This document shows positions 18,601 through 28,498 of a stretch of 64,000 bases of DNA, piece by piece. This DNA is from Gammaproteobacteria bacterium (lineage in GTDB: Bacteria; Pseudomonadota; Gammaproteobacteria; Eutrophobiales; Eutrophobiaceae). Where the stretch lies: contig OZ220696.1 in the NCBI GenBank assembly GCA_965116495.1, forward strand, positions 1,248,001 to 1,312,000, written 5' to 3'. How positions within the stretch are numbered: the stretch's first letter is position 1; the number at the start of each line of letters is the position of its first letter. The notes under the pieces are model-generated. The model saw only the letters and a list, made by a program, of their open reading frames with translations, ran no database searches and was not told where the DNA came from. The translations under genes were made by a program, and so were the position numbers.

Positions 18601-20796
18601 ATGAAAACTAAAACGTCCGGAAACATAGTCGCTTCAGCTACCATACTTATTACCTGCCTGTCAGTTTCCTTTAATGTGCCGGCGCAATTGGAAGAGATCA
18701 TCGTCACGGCACAAAAACGTTCGGAAAATATCATGGCGGTACCGATCTCCATTACCGCGATCAGCGGTGAAAGCCTGCTGGATGCCGGGGTCAGAACAAC
18801 AGATGATCTGCAAGCAGTGGTGCCTGCTGCTTCATTTCGAAAGCAGATATCGGCCTTCGTACCGTTTATACGTGGTATTGGCTCTCAGAATACTGCAATC
18901 GGTACGGAAGCCTCGGTCGCGATGTATGTGGACGGAATATACCAGTCTTTACCGGTTTCCAACGCAATCGGGTTTAATAACATCGAGCGCATCGAAGTTC
19001 TTAAAGGCCCGCAAGGCACCCTGTTCGGACGTAATGCTACGGGGGGAGCAATCAATATATTCACCAAAGATCCGGAGCATGAGAGCTCGGGCACCCTCAA
19101 ACTGGGTTATGGCAATTATGAAACGTTTAATGTTGACTTTTTTGGAACAACGGGCCTGACTGAAGATCTGGCCGTCAATGCCGCTGTACAATATGAAGAT
19201 CAGGGTGAGGGATATTTTAACGATACCATTAACGACACCGATGTCAGTAAAAAAGACGGGTATTCCGCAAGAGTCAAACTGCTCTGGACGCCAGGCGAAA
19301 ATACGGAAGTCAGGCTATCCGCAAGTTTTGAAGACACAGAAGGTGGCGTAGGAGGACAACGCGTCATTTCATCAGGGACAAATGTACTGGGAAACATGCC
19401 ATTGGCCGGAAATAAACAGATCCAGCAGAACTACACGTACGGCACGAACACCGGATCAGAGTTTGAGGGAGCTGACCTGGAGCTCGAAAGCAGGGCTGTC
19501 ACGTTGCGTATCGATCATGATATCGGCAACCATTCACTGGTCAGCATTACCGGCTGGCTTGACCAGGACTCATTTTACATCGTCGATCAGGACGTTGGCC
19601 CACTACCGGGCATTGATGCCGATCTTACTCACCGCAACAAACAAGTCAGCCAGGAGATCCAGGTGCTGTCAAATTATGACGGCCGGTTCAACTGGATTGC
19701 CGGTTATTACTTCTTGAATGCTGAACACGACTATGATCCGTTGCGGCTGAAGGGAATCTTCTTTCTGCCGTTGGACTTTATCGACATCAGAAATACTGCC
19801 GAGACAACATCTCATGCGGGTTTCGTGGAAGGTAATTACAAATTTACAGATGCAACCAAACTTACAGTTGGCTTTCGTTATACTGAAGACAAAAAGGAGT
19901 TGCGCGGACGAACTGACTACGGTGCAGGCGGTTTCATTGCCAACAGTGTCCCATACTCAGGCAGCAAAACCTGGTCTGAACCGACATGGCGCGCCGTTCT
20001 CGATCACTGGATTACCGATGACGTCATGGCGTATGCCAGCCACACCCGCGGTTTCAAAGCAGGTTCGTTTAATGGTGTTGTTACATCCGGAGTGCTGGGT
20101 GCGCCGGTGAACCCGGAAACCATGGATGGTTACGAGATAGGTTTTAAAGGGCAATTTCTTAATGATTCATTGGCGCTTACGGGGGCTGTCTATTACTACG
20201 AAATTGATGATCTTCAATATTCGCAGCAGATTGTCGGTGGAAGCATACAACGTAATGCAGCAGAAGCCGAAGTTAAAGGTTTTGAATTATCGGGGCAGGT
20301 TGTTATGACCGGGGGTTTCAGTCTGTCCGGGGGGCTGGCCTATACCGACGCTGAATTTGTGGATTTCCCTAATGGCCTGGCGACAATCCCTAATCCCGCC
20401 GGTGTTGGAAATATCCCAGATGAAGATGTGCCGGGGCAGGGAAAGGATCTGACTGGCAACACAGTACCAAGAACGTCTGACTGGACATTGAACCTGGCCC
20501 TTGGTCATGAGTGGGTCCTGGATAACAACGCTGGTGCCGTAAACTCTACGTTGACCTATTACTACAATGATGGCCACCCCTGGGAAGCGGATAACAGGGT
20601 TCGGGAGGATTCCTATTCACTGGTCAATGCCAAAATCGGTTATACCAATCCCACCGGTAGGTATACTGTGGAAATCTGGGGCAAGAATCTTACTGAGGAG
20701 GAGTATTCATCGTATGCTACCTCGTCACTGCTTCAGGATGCTACAACGCCATCTGTACCGAGAACCTATGGCGTCAGTTTGACGGTCAGTTTCTGA
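18601..20796 (+). CDS. TonB-dependent outer membrane receptor
   Basis: Signal peptide, LEEIIVTAQKR, ERIEVLKGPQGTLFGRNATGGAIN, C-terminal PRTYGVSLTVSF; alternative start at 18565. Confidence 0.95.
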   Translation: MKTKTSGNIVASATILITCLSVSFNVPAQLEEIIVTAQKRSENIMAVPISITAISGESLLDAGVRTTDDLQAVVPAASFRKQISAFVPFIRGIGSQNTAIGTEASVAMYVDGIYQSLPVSNAIGFNNIERIEVLKGPQGTLFGRNATGGAINIFTKDPEHESSGTLKLGYGNYETFNVDFFGTTGLTEDLAVNAAVQYEDQGEGYFNDTINDTDVSKKDGYSARVKLLWTPGENTEVRLSASFEDTEGGVGGQRVISSGTNVLGNMPLAGNKQIQQNYTYGTNTGSEFEGADLELESRAVTLRIDHDIGNHSLVSITGWLDQDSFYIVDQDVGPLPGIDADLTHRNKQVSQEIQVLSNYDGRFNWIAGYYFLNAEHDYDPLRLKGIFFLPLDFIDIRNTAETTSHAGFVEGNYKFTDATKLTVGFRYTEDKKELRGRTDYGAGGFIANSVPYSGSKTWSEPTWRAVLDHWITDDVMAYASHTRGFKAGSFNGVVTSGVLGAPVNPETMDGYEIGFKGQFLNDSLALTGAVYYYEIDDLQYSQQIVGGSIQRNAAEAEVKGFELSGQVVMTGGFSLSGGLAYTDAEFVDFPNGLATIPNPAGVGNIPDEDVPGQGKDLTGNTVPRTSDWTLNLALGHEWVLDNNAGAVNSTLTYYYNDGHPWEADNRVREDSYSLVNAKIGYTNPTGRYTVEIWGKNLTEEEYSSYATSSLLQDATTPSVPRTYGVSLTVSF

Positions 20797-20823
20797 ATTA
20801 TCATTCTTATTGGCGAAGCTACT

Positions 20824-21693
20824 CTACTCTTCCCGGAGCAAGTCCGAATGTCCGATTCTTTCCCGGGCAGGGTTGGGTCTCATCATAATGGACATGCCGC
20901 CATCTACGATGACCTCCGTACCGGTAACGTAGCTACCGGCGTCACTGGCCAATAGCTGGACCTGGCCTTCAACTTCCTCGGGACGACCCAACCGGCCAAG
21001 GGCCGAATTACCGGCAAAATCCTTAACAAAAGCCTCGCCGGCGCCCGGGCCATCCATTTGATCAAGGAGTTCAACTACGTTGGTTTGCATCATGTCTGTG
21101 TGGAAGGCGCCCAGGATCAGGCTGTTCACGGTAATACCATCATGGCCCAGTTCAGCCGCGGCCATCCGGGTGTAGGCATTAATCGCCCCTTTCGACGCTG
21201 CATACATCGACTGGCCGATTGATACAGCTCTGAGGGAAGATTCTGATGAACTGAAAATAATTCTGCCCCATTGTTTTTTTTTCATATGGGGTAGAAAACG
21301 TGTTACCAGGGAGACATTCGCGGCAAAGTTGACCTGCATCAGGTTTGCCATTATTTTCTCCTGGTCATCACTGACGCCAAGTCTTGCTTCCTGTCCCGCA
21401 TTACCGATAAAGATATCAACACCACCGAGTGTATCAATAACATAGTCCACCGAGTGCTCAATGTCTTCCCTGTCCGACAGATCGATCTTGCGGTAAATTA
21501 CGGCATTGCCGGAATCCTCAGAAAGTTGTTTTGCCGCATCTTTAAGGACTGTTTCACGACGGGCGGCTATCATCACACCCGCACCGGATCGGGCCAGGCC
21601 CCTGGCCATATAATATCCCAGGCCGGTGGCTCCCCCGGTGACAAAGGCTGTTTTACCGGTCAGATCAAACTTTTTAAACGCATCGATATTCAC
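20824..21693 (-). CDS. short-chain dehydrogenase/reductase
   Basis: FDLTGKTAFVTGGATGLG, YAASK, YVTGTEVIVDGG. Confidence 0.92.
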   Translation of the reverse strand: MNIDAFKKFDLTGKTAFVTGGATGLGYYMARGLARSGAGVMIAARRETVLKDAAKQLSEDSGNAVIYRKIDLSDREDIEHSVDYVIDTLGGVDIFIGNAGQEARLGVSDDQEKIMANLMQVNFAANVSLVTRFLPHMKKKQWGRIIFSSSESSLRAVSIGQSMYAASKGAINAYTRMAAAELGHDGITVNSLILGAFHTDMMQTNVVELLDQMDGPGAGEAFVKDFAGNSALGRLGRPEEVEGQVQLLASDAGSYVTGTEVIVDGGMSIMMRPNPARERIGHSDLLREE

Positions 21694-21703
21694 GTTCGAT
21701 TGA

Positions 21704-22855
21704 TCAGATTGTACGGCTGATTATCAAACGCATTATTTCGGATGTGCCGGCGAAAATACGGTGCAGGCGAGCCCCTGTATATAAACGAGAGACATTATAT
21801 TCATCCATATAGCCTGCCCCACCATGGAATTGAACACATTGATCGATAATCCTGCCTTCCATCTCGCATACCCAGAGTTTCGCCATGGCACAAAGTTCCA
21901 TGTCCAGCTTGCCATTTGCCCTGTAGTTGCGAATGATTTCGTCAAGGAAGGCGCGGCCAACAGCTAACTCCGTCTTGATTTCCGCCAGTTTGAACCGGGT
22001 ATTCTGGAACTCAAAAACAGGTTGACCAAAGCTGTTGCGGTTCTTTACAAATTCAACAGTTTCATGAAACGCCCGAGTCGCTGCAGCGTGACCAATGAGG
22101 GGCCATGTTATGCGATCCATGTTGACACCGCCGAGCAGAATACCCATACCCTTGCCTTCAACCCCCATCAAATTACCGGCTGGAACATGAACATTATCAA
22201 AAAATATTTCTGCCGTATTACTGGCATGATTACCCATCTTGTGCAGGTCACGTCCCAATTGAAATCCCCCGCGATCAGCCTCAACAATGATGACCGAGAT
22301 ACCCTGGGCGCCCGCTGCCGGATCGGTTTTACAACCCACCATAAAGAATTTGGCGTCCTTCGCATTGGAGATATAGGTTTTGGAGCCGTTGATTACCCAT
22401 TCATCCCCTTTCCGCACAGCCGTGGTCCGCATGGAGGCAACATCGCTACCGGAAGCGGGTTCTGTGATGGCAAGACCGGCGCGCGCTTCCCCTTTGACCA
22501 TAGCCGGCAACCATTTCCTGCGTTGTTCTTCGGTACCGTTTCGATAGAGAATTTCACTGCAGCCATCGCCAATCAAAGCGGGACCCATGCTGGCCCCGGC
22601 CGGGCTGTATCCCAACTCTTCAGCAATCACCATCCGGTACATGAAGTCCCCACCAGGTCCACCGTATTCTTCGGGAATATCCACACCTAAAATGCCGACC
22701 TCGCCGGCTTTCAACCAGAACTCAGGTTCCGGGCCACCAATTTCTATCCAACGGTCAACGTTGGGCTCTACCTCTTCTTCCAGAAAGCGCCGGAATGTCT
22801 GGCGGAAAATTTCGTGTTCCTCATCCCAGAGAGCTGGGTTGTGTGGGTAATACAT
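21704..22855 (-). CDS. acyl-CoA dehydrogenase (LCAD-like)
   Basis: AITEPASGSD, INGSKTYISN, QFHGGAGY, RIFAGTSEIM; ATG at 22855 after GGAG. Confidence 0.93.
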   Translation of the reverse strand: MYYPHNPALWDEEHEIFRQTFRRFLEEEVEPNVDRWIEIGGPEPEFWLKAGEVGILGVDIPEEYGGPGGDFMYRMVIAEELGYSPAGASMGPALIGDGCSEILYRNGTEEQRRKWLPAMVKGEARAGLAITEPASGSDVASMRTTAVRKGDEWVINGSKTYISNAKDAKFFMVGCKTDPAAGAQGISVIIVEADRGGFQLGRDLHKMGNHASNTAEIFFDNVHVPAGNLMGVEGKGMGILLGGVNMDRITWPLIGHAAATRAFHETVEFVKNRNSFGQPVFEFQNTRFKLAEIKTELAVGRAFLDEIIRNYRANGKLDMELCAMAKLWVCEMEGRIIDQCVQFHGGAGYMDEYNVSRLYTGARLHRIFAGTSEIMRLIISRTI

Positions 22856-22978
22856 TGCTGTTATCTCCAATTATTGAAATCGGCCCGGATACCGAGCTGT
22901 AATCAGTGTGCTACGCGTACATGGAGCACATTACCGCGTTTCCCTGTTCCATTGTCTATTCCTGGTTGGCGGTTAATT

Positions 22979-22996
22979 AAATAGCATATGCTATAT
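22979..22996. promoter_or_regulatory. palindromic operator copy (AAATAGCATATGCTATAT)
   Basis: 17/18 match upstream of the acyl-CoA dehydrogenase. Confidence 0.85.
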
Positions 22997-23113
22997 TTAA
23001 CAAGCAACAGGCTTAACAGGCAGACAGCCTGCTACGGCGGAAGCCATACACAACCGGGTTATCGGTAACCCGAAAATCAGTTCCTTTGTCAGGTAAAACC
23101 TTCGGGTTGCTAT

Positions 23114-24358
23114 TCAGGTACGCGGGTGAAACCTGACGTTCATGCCGTACAGGCCGCGAAAAACTCCCACAGGCATAAAATCCAGTTTCCTGTCCAGGAT
23201 TTCCACCGACTCAAACCGGTTCACCAGTGCCGTGAAGAACTCAACCAATTGCAGCTTGGCCAGCAGATGCCCGATACAATGATGCACGCCAGGGGCAAAA
23301 ACCTGTGAATTGGAATTGTTCCGGAAAAAATCCAGCTTGTCCGGCTCACTCCATTCCCGCGGGTCGAAATTCGCGCCGATAACGGACAGGAACACGATAT
23401 CGCCTTTTTTCAACTGTTTACCATGCCACTTGAAGTCTTCGCCGACAATTCGAGGCTGGCCGGATGACATGCCAATGTAGCGCATCAACTCGAGGATACA
23501 GTCCTGCATCCTGTCCGGGTGTTCATACATATATTGCCAGGCCTCCGGGTGCCGGCTCAGTGCTTCGACACCCATGGTCATGGTATTGCTGGTGGTATCG
23601 TGCCCGGCGATAATCACGACATTCATTGTCGCGAGCAGTTCGTCCATGGTAAGCCTGTCACCTTCTTCCGTCGCCTGAAGCAATGCGGTCAATAAATCAT
23701 CTCTAGGATCGGTCTTGCGCTTTTCCAGTTCCACCTTGCATACCTCCCCCATTTCCACGGTTGCCTTCTCGGTTTTTTCAAGGACCTCAGGCGGCGGCAT
23801 GGATGAGGTCATGCCTTCGACAACCGCGTTCGCCCATTCCCTCAGTGACGCAAAATGTTCTTCCGGGATCCCGGCCATTTTAAATATCACATAACCCGGC
23901 AGCGGACGGGCAATCTGCTCATTGAATTCGATTTCCGGGGATTCCATTGCCTTGTCCAGGAGAAAGTTGACACGCTCCCTTACATAGGGCCGCAATTTTT
24001 CCACCATTTTTTTGGTAAAGGCCTTCATCACCAGTTTTCTCAAACGCGCATGTTCTTCGCCATCTACACCGACAATCCAATGATTTACATAATGCGATAT
24101 AGTCGGTATGCGCAGTTCTCGTTCCTCGACCGGGATGGACGCCAGTGAAAATTCATTCCGGCCCGCATTTAACAACGGGACCCGGCATTCAAAGCCATCG
24201 CTGACGTCTTCGAACCGGGTGACTATCCAGCAATTGGAGGCTTTACTCCAATGGACCGGCTCCATCTCCCGCAACTGGTTAACGTCATTGATAAAATCCA
24301 GACCGCCGCGCTGGGGATCGCTCAGCAGGTCGATATCGAAATCCTGTCGTGCCGTCAT
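23114..24358 (-). CDS. cytochrome P450
   Basis: I-helix AGHDTT, ExxR (ELMR), heme ligand FAPGVHHCIG. Confidence 0.95.
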   Translation of the reverse strand: MTARQDFDIDLLSDPQRGGLDFINDVNQLREMEPVHWSKASNCWIVTRFEDVSDGFECRVPLLNAGRNEFSLASIPVEERELRIPTISHYVNHWIVGVDGEEHARLRKLVMKAFTKKMVEKLRPYVRERVNFLLDKAMESPEIEFNEQIARPLPGYVIFKMAGIPEEHFASLREWANAVVEGMTSSMPPPEVLEKTEKATVEMGEVCKVELEKRKTDPRDDLLTALLQATEEGDRLTMDELLATMNVVIIAGHDTTSNTMTMGVEALSRHPEAWQYMYEHPDRMQDCILELMRYIGMSSGQPRIVGEDFKWHGKQLKKGDIVFLSVIGANFDPREWSEPDKLDFFRNNSNSQVFAPGVHHCIGHLLAKLQLVEFFTALVNRFESVEILDRKLDFMPVGVFRGLYGMNVRFHPRT

Positions 24359-24453
24359 AAATGCTCTCCAGAAAAATTGCCTAAACAATCCCCGTAACAG
24401 CTGGTTTGTTTACCGGATATCACGGGTTTATCATTGTTCGATCAGGTCTGCGA

Positions 24454-25791
24454 TCAGTTCGTAAAACCGGCAAGATCCGATGCCAGGTCGTTCAATATCT
24501 TGGGGAACGAATTAAAGCCAATGGCGGCTATTCGCAGGTCCCGGTCAACACCGGATGTGTACATGGAATGAGCGCCACCCATTTGAATTGCAAGCATCAC
24601 CGATCGCCAGATGGTGAAAAATTGCATGCGGATATCTGCTATCTTCCAGCCCCCATTGCTGCGATAGACCTCCATAAACTCGGACCACGGCATAATGGAT
24701 TCAATCAGTCCCTTACAATAGCAGAGATCTTCTGCCGGGTCACCGGCGTGGGCGAACTCCCAGTCAAGAAGACCTGTCACTTGGTCGCCCTCCCCCATCA
24801 CATTGTGCAACCCGGCATCACCATGCACCAGCTTGCGCTCATTGCCTATGTTATTCATTTGCAGGTATAACCAGGCAAAAGCAGTATCGAGTATCGGCGT
24901 TGGGGCTACTTTTTCCGTGTAACGCCGGTAGAAACTGTCAACCATGGCCCTGACGGGGTGTTGTTCCTCGCCCCAGTTCAAGTTGCCGGCGAGACTGCTG
25001 CGTTTTATATCAATTGAGTGTACCCGGGCCAATGTGGCGGCGAAAGCTCTTGCGATTGCCGGCGGGGCATCGCTCTGAAACAGGGTTCCCATGGCCTGGC
25101 CCGGCACCCTGGAAAAGGCGATGAATGCCCCCCCGATGACGGAGGTGTCCGTTTCAATCCACAGGGGTTCCGGGACCTGGATGCCGGCCTTCCATAATGC
25201 CACGATAACGGGGTATTCATAGGTGACGGAAACCCCTGTGACCATATGGGAGAAGTCGCGCCGAATGACGATGGAACGCGCGCCATTTTGATCCTGTACA
25301 TCTAGTAACATCGTACCCTTTGACCTCCCGCCGGGTATCACTTTCACGCCGGAGACTTCGATAACAGGATCGTCCGGGAATTTCTCTTTAAGGTATTTAC
25401 TGAAGGTTTCGTTCGGAATGTTCAGTTCGTCACCCGAACTGCCTTCGGGCGCGGTACTGCCGGCGATCTCCACCAGGCGTTGTTCAACAGCATCACGGCG
25501 GGTCCGGTCTGCAGCGGCAAACCGGGCGATGGTTGCCGCCAGTTCCGGGATTCTGCTCCGGTCGATTGATTTATCATAAAGCGCAGCGAGGTCTGCCGTA
25601 GATATGCCCTGGGGACAGTTGGCGCCATGTTCTTCCGATGAAACTTCAACCTCGGCGGCAATACGTACCAGCATCATGTCGATTAATTCTGCCCGGTGCC
25701 TGGCCTGCGCTGTAGTCACATTGGTTTTTATGTCTTCACGCAGGGCCGTTAACAGGCTTCGTATCAGGTCAACCAGAACGGATGGGTTCAT
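24454..25791 (-). CDS. APH-family phosphotransferase with N-terminal extension, paralog 2
   Basis: IPGGRSK, VHGDAGLHN, LLDWEFAHAGDPAEDL. Confidence 0.88.
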   Translation of the reverse strand: MNPSVLVDLIRSLLTALREDIKTNVTTAQARHRAELIDMMLVRIAAEVEVSSEEHGANCPQGISTADLAALYDKSIDRSRIPELAATIARFAAADRTRRDAVEQRLVEIAGSTAPEGSSGDELNIPNETFSKYLKEKFPDDPVIEVSGVKVIPGGRSKGTMLLDVQDQNGARSIVIRRDFSHMVTGVSVTYEYPVIVALWKAGIQVPEPLWIETDTSVIGGAFIAFSRVPGQAMGTLFQSDAPPAIARAFAATLARVHSIDIKRSSLAGNLNWGEEQHPVRAMVDSFYRRYTEKVAPTPILDTAFAWLYLQMNNIGNERKLVHGDAGLHNVMGEGDQVTGLLDWEFAHAGDPAEDLCYCKGLIESIMPWSEFMEVYRSNGGWKIADIRMQFFTIWRSVMLAIQMGGAHSMYTSGVDRDLRIAAIGFNSFPKILNDLASDLAGFTN

Positions 25792-25811
25792 ATAAACGAT
25801 TTACCAGGGCT

Positions 25812-26351
25812 TTACAGAAGAATGGTCAAGGCCCCCATTGTGGCCAGACGATACAGGTCCAGTTCGACACGCTTTTTGACCAGACGCAGTCCGCCAGGTG
25901 TCCGGGCCAGCGTGGCCCGGACCAGGGATGGATAGATCACGGTCTCACTACCTTTACTGCGATAAACCGAAGCATTGAACTGAACTTCAGTCTGGCGCGC
26001 ATCCTGGTGAATAATTCTTACATGCCCGTACATGTGACGGGTGCGAGACCGGACATACTCGGCATGGAAACTGTTCTTCTTCATGCGCACGATGCGCTGT
26101 TCCAGACGATAGCGATTGTCCGAAATCAGGAACATGGTACTCGAAGATTCCAGGGATCCCGGGTCGTCTTCACCCGTCGGCGCCACCTGGTAGCTCAGTT
26201 CGCCGCTCTCCGACCAAAGCCCCAACCATTCGTCCAGTGCCCATTGGTCGAGATGGTCCGCTTCAAGATACAGAAAATCCTCTACTTCAGACCGGTTCAA
26301 TGCACAATTTTGTTGTTGCACGTTCTGTTCACCCCGCTGATGTTCAGGCAT
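25812..26351 (-). CDS. aromatic ring-hydroxylating dioxygenase beta subunit
   Basis: VEDFLYLEADHLDQW, HAEYVRSRTRH, KKRVELD. Confidence 0.92.
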   Translation of the reverse strand: MPEHQRGEQNVQQQNCALNRSEVEDFLYLEADHLDQWALDEWLGLWSESGELSYQVAPTGEDDPGSLESSSTMFLISDNRYRLEQRIVRMKKNSFHAEYVRSRTRHMYGHVRIIHQDARQTEVQFNASVYRSKGSETVIYPSLVRATLARTPGGLRLVKKRVELDLYRLATMGALTILL

Positions 26352-27630
26352 TCATCATGCGGTCCCACTCGAGCCAGTAAGCACGCATCTGCAACTCATC
26401 GTAGAGATCAGCCTCAGCGCCTTCACGGGTAATCTCTTCTGCACTGAAACCTTTTGAGAAATCATTCCATTCCACGTCCGTCGCCTCATAGGCCCGCTGG
26501 CATAATTCCAGCATGGCCACATCATCGGGGGTAGCAAAGCCTCCCGGGCCAAGGAATGACAACATGTTATCCAGCCGTATCTCCCGCAGGGTGTCCGATT
26601 CGTCAATGGGACCCAGTGTCCAGGCCCTCACCATCATCCTGTTATACGCCGTGGGTACAATCGAACGTACAAGCACTGACTGCTGATCATTGATGACGGA
26701 ATTGGGAAAGATCACCATGTTGCGGTGGGTATCACAGATGACATTTCCGCGCTCCTCACCCACGCGTGCGATGACTTCCTCACGTTTGGCCTCTACCTCT
26801 TCCCTGACCTTTTCACCCATGCTGGGGATCCATTGCGCCACCGCCCTGCCCGCCTTGATGGCAATTTCAAAACAGGCATGTCCGTGACCAAATGAACGGG
26901 CGGCACCGACAGGCTTCAGCTCCATTCCGGAGCCCTTCATCGTTTCCACCAGGTACTCTACATAGCTTGCGTGAACAGATGAAAGGTGGTACCCGTCGTA
27001 ACTGTTCTCGCACAGCAATTTATAGTTGGCATTAATTTCATATTCATGAACACCGCTTATGACTTCCATCCCCACTGCGGAGTGTTCACTGATCATTTGC
27101 AGGCAGTCGGCTGCTCCACCCAGGAACGACTCCAGTGAGTGCGCATCCGGATCGAAATTAACGAAGTAAAAACCCGCATACTGCTGCAGGTTCGGCACGC
27201 TCAGCAGTGTAGTACGGCCATCGCAGAAACCGTCGGGAAAGGCCGCGTCGGCTTCGGGTGAACCGGTGGAAACCAGAACACCATCATCGCGATAGACCCA
27301 ACCGTGATACGGACAGACAAAGGATTTCCTGTTGCCGCCCCGGTCCCGGCAGACCGCCGCTCCGCGATGCCGGCAACTGTTATAAAACGCACGAACCACC
27401 CCGTTTCTGTCGCGGTTCAAAACCAGGTCCTTGTCAACCACCGTTCGGGTTATAAAATCACCCGGTTTGGCGATTTCCGCTTCGTGGGCCAGTGCGATCC
27501 AGCTCTTGTGCAGGACTTTTTTCTGCTCCAATGCAAAGACTTCCGGGTCCCTGTAGGCGTCGCGGTGAACCAGAAAAGTCTTTTCTGCCGGATTGATATT
27601 CAGGAAGCGTGATTTATAGCATTTATCCAT
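26344..27630 (-). CDS. Rieske ring-hydroxylating dioxygenase alpha subunit (p-cumate/benzoate-like class)
   Basis: Rieske CRHRG...CPYHG; mononuclear Fe site ENSYDGYHLSSVH, ATPDD. Confidence 0.94.
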   Translation of the reverse strand: MDKCYKSRFLNINPAEKTFLVHRDAYRDPEVFALEQKKVLHKSWIALAHEAEIAKPGDFITRTVVDKDLVLNRDRNGVVRAFYNSCRHRGAAVCRDRGGNRKSFVCPYHGWVYRDDGVLVSTGSPEADAAFPDGFCDGRTTLLSVPNLQQYAGFYFVNFDPDAHSLESFLGGAADCLQMISEHSAVGMEVISGVHEYEINANYKLLCENSYDGYHLSSVHASYVEYLVETMKGSGMELKPVGAARSFGHGHACFEIAIKAGRAVAQWIPSMGEKVREEVEAKREEVIARVGEERGNVICDTHRNMVIFPNSVINDQQSVLVRSIVPTAYNRMMVRAWTLGPIDESDTLREIRLDNMLSFLGPGGFATPDDVAMLELCQRAYEATDVEWNDFSKGFSAEEITREGAEADLYDELQMRAYWLEWDRMMNA

Positions 27631-27649
27631 ATTATCCTGTCCGATTCAG

Positions 27650-28486
27650 TCATGAAAGATGCTCCGCCAGGTACGCCTGCAGTCCACAGGCCGGCCTCCC
27701 CAGTATTGCCGTTACGGTTTCGGTCACGTTTTCATAAAGCCCCTCACGCATGCCGCGCGCCATTTGCAGCATCTGCTCCACGCGATAAGGACGAAGCCCT
27801 GCTGAGAGCAACGTATCACGCCATTGTTTTTCTGTTACCTCTTCATAACAGACTGTCCCGCCATAAGCAGCGGAGAGCAAACCGGTCGTTTCATCCCAGG
27901 AGAGTGACTCAGGCCCTGTCAATGTGAACTCGCCACCCAACAGGTCATCGTCGCACAAGGCAACTTTCGCAACGCCGGCGATGTCCCGGGTATCAATAAA
28001 GCTGAGCCTGCTCCCGCGTCCTGCAGGGAAGGCAATAAGACCGCTCTTGACGCTTTGACTGAGAAAGCCGCGGGTAAAGTTCTGCATGAACCATCCCGGT
28101 CGCAGGATCGTATATTCAAGACCGGATTTGATCAGGTGGTCCTCGGCAGCACAGAGGACCCGCCAATCCTTATCGAGACCCATGGCAGTGGAAAACACGA
28201 TCCTTTCTGCGCCGGCAGCGGCAGCCGCATCAACAAAAGGCAAAAGCGTCTCGTCCGGACAGGGATCGCCTGCCTTGGGAATCATGAAGATGCGCGTAAC
28301 ACCGGACAGGGCCGTAATCCAGCTGGTTGGATCATCGTAGTCAAAAACGACCTTATCCAGCGCGCCCTGTACATGGATTCCTTGTACGTTTCTTGACGCC
28401 GCACAAACATGCCGACCTTCCCCACTTAACTGCTCGGCGAGGCTTGAGCCGATATTCCCGGTTGCCCCGATGACGAGAAATTTCAT
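27650..28486 (-). CDS. NmrA-like / atypical SDR NAD(P)H oxidoreductase
   Basis: VIGATGNIG, YTILRPGWFMQN, FIDTRDIA. Confidence 0.88.
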   Translation of the reverse strand: MKFLVIGATGNIGSSLAEQLSGEGRHVCAASRNVQGIHVQGALDKVVFDYDDPTSWITALSGVTRIFMIPKAGDPCPDETLLPFVDAAAAAGAERIVFSTAMGLDKDWRVLCAAEDHLIKSGLEYTILRPGWFMQNFTRGFLSQSVKSGLIAFPAGRGSRLSFIDTRDIAGVAKVALCDDDLLGGEFTLTGPESLSWDETTGLLSAAYGGTVCYEEVTEKQWRDTLLSAGLRPYRVEQMLQMARGMREGLYENVTETVTAILGRPACGLQAYLAEHLS

Positions 28487-28498
28487 TCCGAACAAGGA

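Noticed and set aside
27614-27631. Operator half-site TTATAGCATT
   Set aside because: Lies inside the start of a coding region and the right arm is absent.
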